Positions 41,962 through 50,571 of a stretch of DNA of 64,000 nt are shown piece after piece. Each line of letters begins with the position of its first letter. The stretch's first letter is position 1. The notes under the pieces were generated by a model. That model was not told where the DNA came from, ran no database searches, and was given only the letters and a program-made list of their open reading frames with translations. Source of the DNA: an uncultured Acidobacteriota bacterium (GTDB taxonomy: Bacteria; Acidobacteriota; Vicinamibacteria; Marinacidobacterales; SMYC01); contig CAMYKY010000010.1 of assembly GCA_947259165.1 (NCBI GenBank), forward strand, positions 34,433 through 98,432, given 5' to 3'. The position numbers and the translations under genes are program-made.

Positions 41962-42759
41962 TCAGTTGTTGGCGTGTTGTATGTGGACCGCTCGGTACGG
42001 CGAAACGAGGTCGACCACGACACCCTCGATCCGCGCCTCGGCGCCGACGGCCGGAGCGCTCAAACCCGGCGATAACGCGAAGCACAAAGGGACGCTTCCG
42101 CGAACGAGAAGACTCATTTCGCACCCGGTTGCCGGTGTCACAACCATCCCCGTCGCATGAATCTCATCGTCGATACGTAACTCAGAGGCAACGAGTCCGC
42201 CACCACCGTCCACACCCCGAGCTCGTAGCGGCAGCCCCAGATGGTCTCCCAGCAACGAGGACAACTCTGACGGCGGCAAGCGTTCGACGAGTGCAGGCTC
42301 GTTGTCGACTCGAGTTTCGTTGGTGACGATCACGAGCGTGTCTTTGACTCTTACCGCCACGACACAATCGAGCTCGGGCGGGCAGCTTTCGATTCCAAAA
42401 AAGAGCCCGCGCACCCGAGCATCGTCCCCATCGGAGCCGCTCGATCCCCTGTTGCTGTCATCGTCGTTGCTGTCATCGTCGTCGCTGTCATCGTCGTTGC
42501 TGTCATCGTCGTCGCTGTCATCGTCGTCGCTGTCATCGTCGTCGCCGTCATCATCCGGCGAATCGCCGCTAGCATCGTCGCCATCGCTATGCGCTCGCGA
42601 GCTCGCCAGTGCTACACCGGCGGCATCACCACTCACGATCGAGGGCGCAGTCGCGCTGACGCCGTCGTCACCGCACCCCACGAAAACGAGCGCAGCGAAC
42701 ACCGCGGCAACTACCATCGCAATCCATTTCATTTGCCGTGTCATTTCCATTTCGGACAT
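41962..42759 (-). CDS. Hypothetical lipoprotein with an Asp-rich repeat and DUF5666-like beta domains
   Basis: GAGGAG RBS, lipobox FVGC and (DDDS[D/N])n tract. Confidence 0.6.
   Translation of the reverse strand: MSEMEMTRQMKWIAMVVAAVFAALVFVGCGDDGVSATAPSIVSGDAAGVALASSRAHSDGDDASGDSPDDDGDDDDSDDDDSDDDDSNDDDSDDDDSNDDDSNRGSSGSDGDDARVRGLFFGIESCPPELDCVVAVRVKDTLVIVTNETRVDNEPALVERLPPSELSSLLGDHLGLPLRARGVDGGGGLVASELRIDDEIHATGMVVTPATGCEMSLLVRGSVPLCFALSPGLSAPAVGAEARIEGVVVDLVSPYRAVHIQHANN
42451..42555. repeat. 15-bp coding tandem repeat, 7 units
   Basis: GTYGCTGTCATCGTC repeated seven times (last unit degenerate). Confidence 0.9.
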
Positions 42760-43020
42760 GTCTCCTCGGGTCCGGTACGGAGCCCAAACCGACACCCGTA
42801 TGAACCCAGGCTACGGACGCCGGCGACGCACTAGGTCAATCCCTCTATGCGGCAGAGTCATTGTGCGTCGACCACGCCGAACGCGCGATGATCCGCGGCA
42901 CGCTTTTGGGGTGAGGTTGCTAACGCCCGGCCGGTGAGGAGCGTCACGGACACGAACGAAAAGGCCGAGGCAGTCTTGTTAAACTAGCGGCGTGACGCAC
43001 CGCGATCTCTAGACAATCTT

Positions 43021-46000
43021 ATGGATGCCTTCCAAGCTTCGGTACGGGGGTGGTTCGAAGCGAGCTTCGAAGCACCCACTCGCGTCCAGCGTGAGGGGTG
43101 GCCGGCGCTGGCGCGGGGTGAGCACGCGCTCTTGCTCGCACCGACAGGGAGCGGGAAGACGCTTGCAGCGTTTTTGTGGGCGATCGACCAAATCACTCAA
43201 CTCGATCCCGACTCGAAGCCTGGCGTGCGAATTCTGTATGTCTCTCCGCTCAAGGCACTCGTCTACGACATCGAACGCAACCTGAGGGCACCTCTCGCAG
43301 GGATCCGCCGCTGGTCGGAGCGGGACGGGGGCGCGTTTCGAAACATTCGCGTCGACGTCCGTACCGGCGACACCACACCCAAGCAGCGCCGTCAGCAGCT
43401 TCGCGACCCGGCAGACATTCTGGTGACAACGCCGGAGTCCCTGTTTCTCATTCTCGGCTCACAGGCTGCGGCCAACCTGGTTCCGGTGCATACCGTCATC
43501 GTCGACGAGATCCATTCGCTCGCGCCGACCAAGCGCGGTGTCCACCTGGCATTGTCGCTCGAGCGCCTCGCCGAAGTGACGTCGAGCGAACCCCAACGGA
43601 TCGGGCTCTCAGCGACGGTGCGTCCTCCAAAAGAGGTCGCGCGATTTCTCGGAGGGGACCGCGAGGTTCACATTGTCGATGCCAGCGAGCGGGCGCACAT
43701 CGAGCTCTCGATTCACGTGCCTGTCCCGGATATGGAGCATGTGCCGCCGAGCGCTCGCGAAATCGAAACGTTGCCCGCTCCAGCGACCCAGGGGGAGCCC
43801 ACTGCCCCGGAAAAACCTCCGGCGAGGGAGCCAGGCTCAATTTGGTCAGAAATCTATCCGAAGCTTCTCGATCTCGTTCAGAAACACCGCGCGACGATCG
43901 TCTTCGTCAACAGCCGCGGGCTCGCCGAACGGCTTGCCCAACGCCTCAACGAGCTCGCTGACGCGCCACTCGTCCGCGCCCATCACGGCAGCGTGTCCCA
44001 CGCAAAGCGCAACGAGATCGAAGAGGCGCTCAAAACTGGCGCTCTCAAGGGACTCGTCGCAACCTCGTCGCTCGAGCTCGGCATCGACATGGGTGCGGTC
44101 GATCTCGTCGTTCTCGTTGAATCACCCGGCTCAGTCGCGCGCGGTCTTCAACGTGTCGGACGCTCCGGACACGGTGTCGGCGAAAAGAGTCTCGGAATGA
44201 TTTTCCCCAAGTTCCGCGGCGATCTCCTCGAATCGACGGTGGTCGCCCAGCGCATGCTCGCCGGCGAGATCGAGTCGCTTCAGATCCCGGAGAACCCCCT
44301 CGACGTCCTCGCGCAACAAGTCGTAGCGATGTGCGCCGACAAGCCACGGCAAGTCGACGAGATCACGGCACTCATCCGTCGCGCAGCTCCCTACCGCGAT
44401 CTGTCGCGCGATGTGCTCATATCGGTCATCGAGATGCTTTCCGGGCAATACCCGTCCCAGGATTTCGCCGATCTCAGAGCCCGCCTGGCGTGGGACCGTG
44501 CTCAGGACATCTTGTCGCCGCGCAAAGGCGCCAAGATGATCTCGCTTCTCAACGCCGGCACAATTCCGGATCGCGGGCTCTACAGTGTTCACATCGGCGA
44601 GGGCGGTCCCCGGGTCGGAGAGCTCGACGAGGAGATGGTCTACGAGTCTCGTAAGGGTGAGGTCTTCTTTCTAGGGGCGTCGTCATGGCGAGTCGAGGCC
44701 ATCACCCGTGATCGGGTGATCGTCTCGCCCGCACCGGGTCAGCCGGGGAAGATGCCGTTTTGGCATGGCGACGGCCCGGGGCGCCCCATCGAGCTTGGAC
44801 GTGCCATTGGCGCCTTCGTCCGGAAAACCGGCGAGATGCCGGCCGACGAGGCTGAGCGGTGGCTCGAGGCCCACACGCGGCTCGACGAGTTCGCCGCGTC
44901 GAATCTCGTTCGCTACATCCAAGAACAAAAAGAGCACACCGGCTCGCTTCCAACCGACCAGCACATCACCGTGGAGCGTTTTCGAGACGAGCTTGGAGAT
45001 TGGCGAGTTTGCATCCTGACTCCGTTCGGCTCACGGGTGCACACGCCGTGGGCTCTGGCAATCCAAAACGCCCTGAGCACTCGCGCCGGGTACGAAGTCG
45101 AGACGATGTACACCGATGACGGTATCGTGCTGCGATTCGCAGACGTCGAAGAGCTCCCCGATCTCGAGTCGCTGCTACCCGACCCAGAAGAAGTCGAAGA
45201 TCGCGTCGTCGAGGAGCTCGGCCATTCGGCGATGTTCGCGAGCACCTTCCGCGAGAATGCCGCCCGTGCTCTGCTTCTGCCGCGGCGCCGGCCCGGCCTG
45301 CGTACTCCTCTTTGGCAGCAGCGCCTGCGTGCAAAGAATCTCCTCGCCAACGTCACGCAATACCCATCGTTTCCCATCGTGCTCGAAACCTACCGGCAGT
45401 GCCTGCAAGACGTCTTCGATGTGCCGGCGCTGCAAACCCTGTTGCGCTCGATCGCGAGCCGTGAGGTCCAGGTGTCGGAGGTCGAGACGGCAACCGCGTC
45501 ACCGTTTGCCCGCTCGCTCACGTTTGCCTACGTGGCGAACTATCTCTACGAGCAGGATGCACCGCTCGCGGAGCGGAAGGCACAGGCGCTAACGCTCGAT
45601 CGCAACATGCTACGCGAGCTGCTCGGCCAGGCGGAGCTGCGTGAGCTCATCGACGCCGAGGTGCTGGATGACGTCGAAGCAGAGCTAGCCGGCATCGCTG
45701 ATAGCTGGAAAGCGCGTAGCGCCGACGAGCTCGAAGACCTTCTTCGGCGCGTTGGAGATATGAGCGAAGCAGAAGTTCAACTGAGGACGACCGAGGATCC
45801 GGCGCCGTGGCTCGACAAGCTCGAAGCGGAGCGCCGCGCGGCGCGGGTTCACATCGCGCAAGAGGATCGCTTCATCGCCGTGAGCGACGCGGCGCGCTAC
45901 CGTGACGCTCTCGGCACCGTGCCCCCGACAGGTCTTCCGCTCAGTGTCCTCGAGCACGCGGCCTCCCCGCTCGAAGATCTCGTCCGTCGCTACGGCCGCA

Positions 46001-47481
46001 CCCACGGGCCGTTTTTGACCGAAGCGGTCGCCGAGCGGTGGGACTTGCTGCCGTCGCAAGTCGAGCCCGTCTTGCAGCGACTCGAATCCGAGGGTCATCT
46101 CGTCCGAGGTGAGATTCGCCCCCACGGCGTTCGTCCCGAATGGTGCGACGCGGAAGTCCTTCGCCGCTTGAAACGCCGCACGCTCGCGAAGCTGAGAAAG
46201 GAGGTCGCCCCGGTCGAGGCGAGCGTCCTCGGACGTTTTCTTCCCGAGTGGCACGGGCTCCGCCAAGGCTCGAGCGGAGCCAGCGGGCTCCCCCGCCTCG
46301 AAGAGGTGCTCGCGCAACTCGAAGGTCTTCCCCTGCCGTGGTCGACTCTACTCGACGGGATCCTACCGCAGCGCGTCCAGAACTTTCGCCCGGAGATGCT
46401 CGACATGCTGTCCGCATCGGGCACGGCGGTCTGGGTCGGCGTCGGCGCCCTCGGCACTTCGGACGGACGGGTCGCACTCTATCGGCGCGACCGCGCCCCA
46501 CTCTTGCTCCCACCCCGAGAGCCTTACGAGCCACGCTCGGCACTCGAGACAACCATCCTGCAACACCTCGCCGAGCGCGGCGCGTCCTTCACCCTCGAGT
46601 TCGCGCCGAAGAGCTCGGAGCTCTCCGTCACCGAGCTCGAGCAGGCGCTCATGAACTTGCTCTGGGCTGGCCAGATCACGAATGACACGTTCTCGCCACT
46701 ACACGGTGCCGGCAGAAAAACCCGCCCCAGCCGACGAAAAGAACATGTGAAATATGCGGGCGGGCGTTGGTCTCTGGTCGAGGGCTTGATGGACCCCACC
46801 GTGAGCGACACCGAACGGGCGCACGCTCGAGTTACCATGTTGCTCGAGCGTTACGGCCTCGTCAGCCGCACCGCTGCATTGTTCGAAGAGCTCCCTGGCG
46901 GGTACCAGGCGATCTACCCGGTGCTGCGGGAGATGGAAGAGCGCGGCCGACTGCGGCGCGGCCATTTCGTCGAGGGACTCTCCGGCTCTCAGTTCGCTCT
47001 GCCCGGCGCGGTCGAGCGGCTCCGCTCAGTGCGCGACCGACTCGACGGAGCGGACCGAGGCGCCACCCAGGAAAGCGAAATCCGGGCCTACCTCGCTCTC
47101 GACCCTGCCAATCCGTATGGTTCCGTTCTCCCGTGGCCCCGTCCGGAGGGCGAACGCCGGGCCCGAGCCCGTCGGGTCCCCGGCGCCTGGGTTCTCTTAT
47201 ATAGAGGTAGGCTCGTGCTTTACATGGAGCGCGGCGGCCGGTCGCTACTGAGCTTCGGTGAGCTCAACGACCCCGACGTCGCGAGAGCCGCGTTTCGAGC
47301 CCTGACGAGCCTACCGAGGCGACGACCCCACCGACTCCGTATCGAGTCCATCGATGACGAAGTCCCAACGAAGGGCCCCTATGCGGCACTTCTGCGCGAG
47401 CTCGGGTTCTTCCCCGACATCCATTCGATGGTGTTCGCGGAGACACCAACTGACACTCGGTCTTCCGATCGAGTACATTAG
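43021..47481 (+). CDS. lhr: Long-form Lhr helicase
   Basis: APTGSGKT, DEIH, HHGS, ATSSLELGIDMG and QRVGRSGH; extended C-terminus (RRGHFVEGLSGSQFA, DPANPYG..LPWP). Confidence 0.93.
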   Translation: MDAFQASVRGWFEASFEAPTRVQREGWPALARGEHALLLAPTGSGKTLAAFLWAIDQITQLDPDSKPGVRILYVSPLKALVYDIERNLRAPLAGIRRWSERDGGAFRNIRVDVRTGDTTPKQRRQQLRDPADILVTTPESLFLILGSQAAANLVPVHTVIVDEIHSLAPTKRGVHLALSLERLAEVTSSEPQRIGLSATVRPPKEVARFLGGDREVHIVDASERAHIELSIHVPVPDMEHVPPSAREIETLPAPATQGEPTAPEKPPAREPGSIWSEIYPKLLDLVQKHRATIVFVNSRGLAERLAQRLNELADAPLVRAHHGSVSHAKRNEIEEALKTGALKGLVATSSLELGIDMGAVDLVVLVESPGSVARGLQRVGRSGHGVGEKSLGMIFPKFRGDLLESTVVAQRMLAGEIESLQIPENPLDVLAQQVVAMCADKPRQVDEITALIRRAAPYRDLSRDVLISVIEMLSGQYPSQDFADLRARLAWDRAQDILSPRKGAKMISLLNAGTIPDRGLYSVHIGEGGPRVGELDEEMVYESRKGEVFFLGASSWRVEAITRDRVIVSPAPGQPGKMPFWHGDGPGRPIELGRAIGAFVRKTGEMPADEAERWLEAHTRLDEFAASNLVRYIQEQKEHTGSLPTDQHITVERFRDELGDWRVCILTPFGSRVHTPWALAIQNALSTRAGYEVETMYTDDGIVLRFADVEELPDLESLLPDPEEVEDRVVEELGHSAMFASTFRENAARALLLPRRRPGLRTPLWQQRLRAKNLLANVTQYPSFPIVLETYRQCLQDVFDVPALQTLLRSIASREVQVSEVETATASPFARSLTFAYVANYLYEQDAPLAERKAQALTLDRNMLRELLGQAELRELIDAEVLDDVEAELAGIADSWKARSADELEDLLRRVGDMSEAEVQLRTTEDPAPWLDKLEAERRAARVHIAQEDRFIAVSDAARYRDALGTVPPTGLPLSVLEHAASPLEDLVRRYGRTHGPFLTEAVAERWDLLPSQVEPVLQRLESEGHLVRGEIRPHGVRPEWCDAEVLRRLKRRTLAKLRKEVAPVEASVLGRFLPEWHGLRQGSSGASGLPRLEEVLAQLEGLPLPWSTLLDGILPQRVQNFRPEMLDMLSASGTAVWVGVGALGTSDGRVALYRRDRAPLLLPPREPYEPRSALETTILQHLAERGASFTLEFAPKSSELSVTELEQALMNLLWAGQITNDTFSPLHGAGRKTRPSRRKEHVKYAGGRWSLVEGLMDPTVSDTERAHARVTMLLERYGLVSRTAALFEELPGGYQAIYPVLREMEERGRLRRGHFVEGLSGSQFALPGAVERLRSVRDRLDGADRGATQESEIRAYLALDPANPYGSVLPWPRPEGERRARARRVPGAWVLLYRGRLVLYMERGGRSLLSFGELNDPDVARAAFRALTSLPRRRPHRLRIESIDDEVPTKGPYAALLRELGFFPDIHSMVFAETPTDTRSSDRVH

Positions 47482-47503
47482 TAGAATTTCAAGGAGATAG
47501 CTG

Positions 47504-47827
47504 ATGGAACATACATACGACGAGCTCAAGAAGAAAACCGTCGCCGAGCTCCGCGAGGTCGCGGACGGAATGGACCACGAGAAGGTCCCTGGCTTCAAGA
47601 CGCTCCACAAAGAGGACCTCGTCAAACTCCTTTGTAACGCTTTGGGGATCGAGGCCCATGAGCACCACACCGTCGTAGGAGTCGACAAGGCAAAAATCAA
47701 AGCGAAGATCCAGGTTCTCAAGGTAGCGCGGGCGGCCGCGATCGAAGCACATGACGCCAAACAGCTCAAGTGGACGCGCCTCAACATCAAACGTCTCAAG
47801 CACAAGATCCGTCAGGCAACCGTCTAG
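47504..47827 (+). CDS. Small protein with a Rho N-terminal-like helix-loop-helix and basic coiled coil
   Basis: AAGGAG RBS; ELKKKTVAELREVA ... KEDLV pattern. Confidence 0.65.
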   Translation: MEHTYDELKKKTVAELREVADGMDHEKVPGFKTLHKEDLVKLLCNALGIEAHEHHTVVGVDKAKIKAKIQVLKVARAAAIEAHDAKQLKWTRLNIKRLKHKIRQATV

Positions 47828-47875
47828 CCAAGCACGCAAGCTCGCGCGTTCAGCGTTCGGTATTCCGTATTGAAC

Positions 47876-49069
47876 ATGGACACCACGGATCTAGAAGGGA
47901 TTTGGGAGGCACATGCTCGCTACGATCCCCTGTGGGCAATCCTTTCGGACCCTGCGAAGAAAAATCGCGGATGGGAGATCGACCGCTTCTTCGCCTCGGG
48001 GCAGCGAGAAGTTCGATTCCTGCTTCGTGATCTGGAGGTGGCAGGAATTGACGTCCTGCGACGAGACGTACTCGACTTCGGCTGCGGTATCGGCCGGCTG
48101 ACGCAAGCGTTATCACTTCACTTCGAACACGTGGTCGGCGTCGACATATCGCCCACGATGATCGAGCTCGCGGAGGAGCTCAACTCGAGCGGGCCGAATC
48201 CTCATCGTGTTCGTTTCATACGAAACCCAAGCGACGATCTTGCGGTGCTGAGCACGGAGGCGTACGATTTCGTCTACACGAACATCGTTTTGCAGCACAT
48301 TCCGCCGGCGCTCATGAAAAGCTACCTTCGTGAATTCCTTCGAGTCTTGCGGACGGGTGGCGTGCTCGTCTTCCAGCTGCCGTCCCACCCCCGCCCCAAC
48401 GCCGAGCTCACGGTTCGAGCCATGCCCGACGAGGCCTACCGGGCAGAGCTTCGCGTGGACGAATGGCCGCGTGTCGTCGAACCGTCGACTCGAGTCGGAC
48501 TCGCGGTTCAGGTCGTCAATGCCAGCTCTCACGCGTGGCATCCAAACGCGCTCGGTCAGGTCAACCTGGGAAACCATTGGATCGCGCCAGATGGCACCAT
48601 GGAGAGGCAGGACGACGCACGCGCCGGACTTCCCAGAACCGTCAATCCCGGGGAGCACGCGGAAATTCTCATCGGAGTGACAGCGCCCGACCAAGAGGGA
48701 TCGTATCTCTGTGAGCTCGACCTCGTGCACGAGACGATTAGCTGGTTCAAAGATCGCGGCTCGAAAAGTTGTCAGATTCCTATCGAAGTCGCGGTGAACG
48801 CGACTCAGCCGTCGGGACCCATCGAGCCCTCGGCGGCGGCGGTCGAGGCGACGAACCGCTGGACCGATGCATGGAGTGCCGCACAAAGACACCTACCCAC
48901 CCTATCGCCCGCGCTCGAGCCAAAGCCCTTCCCGATGTTCGGGATCCCTCGAGACGAGGTTCTCGATTATCTCGCACGCAACGACGCCACGGTTTTGTCC
49001 GTAACCGAGGACGGCCACGCGGGATGGGATTGGGTCGGCTACCGCTATACCCTCCGCAAAACGGTCTGA
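47876..49069 (+). CDS. Class I SAM-dependent methyltransferase with an inserted Ig-like domain
   Basis: LDFGCGIGRL, GVDIS, IVLQH and RVLRTGG; beta-rich insert (V.N.S...W, LGNHW, G.Y..ELDLV.E...WF). Confidence 0.8.
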   Translation: MDTTDLEGIWEAHARYDPLWAILSDPAKKNRGWEIDRFFASGQREVRFLLRDLEVAGIDVLRRDVLDFGCGIGRLTQALSLHFEHVVGVDISPTMIELAEELNSSGPNPHRVRFIRNPSDDLAVLSTEAYDFVYTNIVLQHIPPALMKSYLREFLRVLRTGGVLVFQLPSHPRPNAELTVRAMPDEAYRAELRVDEWPRVVEPSTRVGLAVQVVNASSHAWHPNALGQVNLGNHWIAPDGTMERQDDARAGLPRTVNPGEHAEILIGVTAPDQEGSYLCELDLVHETISWFKDRGSKSCQIPIEVAVNATQPSGPIEPSAAAVEATNRWTDAWSAAQRHLPTLSPALEPKPFPMFGIPRDEVLDYLARNDATVLSVTEDGHAGWDWVGYRYTLRKTV

Positions 49070-49075
49070 CGAGCA

Positions 49076-49282
49076 CACCACGAAGACACGGAGCCGCAGC
49101 GCGGAAAGTCCGCAACCCACTGCTTTTTCAACGCAAAGGCGCAAAGTCGCGGAGACGCAAAGGTCGTCGAGTATGAGCTTCTGCAGACGATGATTTGACA
49201 CTTGTGAAAGAGACATGCGCCGGAACACGTCCGCCGCAAGGCGCTCACTTTGCGCCTTTGCGCCGTTGCGCCTTTGCGTTGA
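49076..49282. repeat. CGCAAAG-type element with a 17-bp perfect inverted repeat
   Basis: TCAACGCAAAGGCGCAA (49128-49144) / TTGCGCCTTTGCGTTGA (49266-49282), preceded by CACCACGAAGACACGGAG. Confidence 0.75.
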
Positions 49283-49350
49283 GTTCTTCTTTTTGTAGCG
49301 AGTTCTTCGATGTCGGTAGTGCGGAGGGAGCACGGAGACAAGTCTTTGAA

Positions 49351-49524
49351 TCGATCGCCCTGAACCTCACGATGTACCTTCAGCACGCGATGGTGCACGC
49401 GGTACCTCTTTTGTGGCGTCCTCATCGCGTCCATCACGCCGATCTCGACGTCGATGTCACCACCGGAGCGCGGTTTCACGTTATCGAAGTCGTCCTCTAC
49501 GCAATAACCCGCCGCGCGGCCTAG
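49351..49524 (+). pseudogene. Internal fragment of a sterol desaturase/fatty-acid hydroxylase gene
   Basis: YLQHAMVHAVPLLWRPHRVHHADLDVDVTTGARFH histidine boxes, but only about 55 codons. Confidence 0.7.
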
Positions 49525-49537
49525 AAGTGCGCCAAAA

Positions 49538-49554
49538 AACCCAATATTTGGGTT
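49538..49554. promoter_or_regulatory. Palindrome, candidate activator-binding site
   Basis: AACCCAA-TAT-TTGGGTT, about 80-100 bp upstream of the -24 box. Confidence 0.4.
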
Positions 49555-49635
49555 CCTAGGCGCTTGCGACTGCCGACCCTCGACCGGAACTCCGTCAAAG
49601 ACTGAAGTGCAGGGACTTTGCCCCGTCCCCAAGAG

Positions 49636-49651
49636 TGGAACACCGCTTGCA
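49636..49651 (+). promoter_or_regulatory. Sigma54 -24/-12 promoter of the nos operon
   Basis: TGGAACACCGCTTGCA has exact GG-N10-GC spacing and lies about 105 bp upstream of the first operon ATG. Confidence 0.6.
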
Positions 49652-49756
49652 CGCAAGCAGCTGTGGCTCAGCTCAGAACCCAACGGTGATACTGTAGCCA
49701 GGGTTCAGAGCTTTGTATTTTTCAAAACTCTTCAAGAGAAAGGCAGGGTCGGACGG

Positions 49757-50533
49757 ATGAAACGGAAATCGACCATTCTTTTTATTCTGGTCCTAGGAGT
49801 CGCCATGTGGTCGGGGGACACGCTGGCACAGGACGTCGAGCGGGGTAAGGCCGTTTACGATTCGCGCTGTGTCATATGCCACGGTGATCAAGGCGACGGC
49901 AAAGGCCTCATCGGGATTGTGCATCGAGCTCAGCAAAACGGCATGGTGGTCACGATCTACCCTCGAGACTTCACCGCGGGTGTCTACAAGTTCCGAAGCA
50001 CACCTAGCGGCGACCTCCCCACCGACGACGATCTCATGCGCATCGTGACCGAAGGGATTTCGCGTTCGGGGATGCCGTCCCACACGGATATTTCCGAGGC
50101 CGACCGTCAAGCCGTCATCGCGTACATCAAGACATTCTCCAAACGGTGGGCGGAAGAGGAGCCTGGCACACCGCTCGTCATCGAGGCCGCCCCGGCGGCA
50201 GTCGGCTCGGGCGAATCCAGCGGGCGCGGTAAGGACGTCTACGCGACCATGCAGTGCTCCAAGTGTCACGGTGATACCGGCAAGGGCGACGGACCGTCAT
50301 CCGCCGATCTCGAAGACAGCTGGGGCGACAAGATTCTGCCTTTCGATTTCACATCCGGTCCTCTCAAGGGTGGTTCGACGCCGGAAATGGTTTATCGCAC
50401 GTTCATGACCGGCCTCGACGGCACGCCGATGCCTTCCTATCAAGACGCGCTACCCGAGGAGCAGGCGCGGTGGGATCTCGTTTCGTACTGTTTAGAACTG
50501 ATGGCCGGGGCACCCGGCGACACCGACCAATGA
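49757..50533 (+). CDS. Periplasmic diheme cytochrome c
   Basis: Signal peptide, CVICH and CSKCH, each followed by an MP Met ligand; PRDFTAGVYKFRST. Confidence 0.9.
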   Translation: MKRKSTILFILVLGVAMWSGDTLAQDVERGKAVYDSRCVICHGDQGDGKGLIGIVHRAQQNGMVVTIYPRDFTAGVYKFRSTPSGDLPTDDDLMRIVTEGISRSGMPSHTDISEADRQAVIAYIKTFSKRWAEEEPGTPLVIEAAPAAVGSGESSGRGKDVYATMQCSKCHGDTGKGDGPSSADLEDSWGDKILPFDFTSGPLKGGSTPEMVYRTFMTGLDGTPMPSYQDALPEEQARWDLVSYCLELMAGAPGDTDQ

Positions 50534-50571
50534 AGGCTAGAGGAATGCGAATGTCAAACAGGAGGGATTTA

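Noticed and set aside
42451..42555. CRISPR-like periodicity
   Set aside because: Contiguous 15-bp units without spacers, in frame within a CDS, and no cas genes.
50551..50571. Tat motif (NRRDL) on NosZ
   Set aside because: The RR codons coincide with the AGGAGG RBS of ATG 50572. Kept only as a less likely alternative start.
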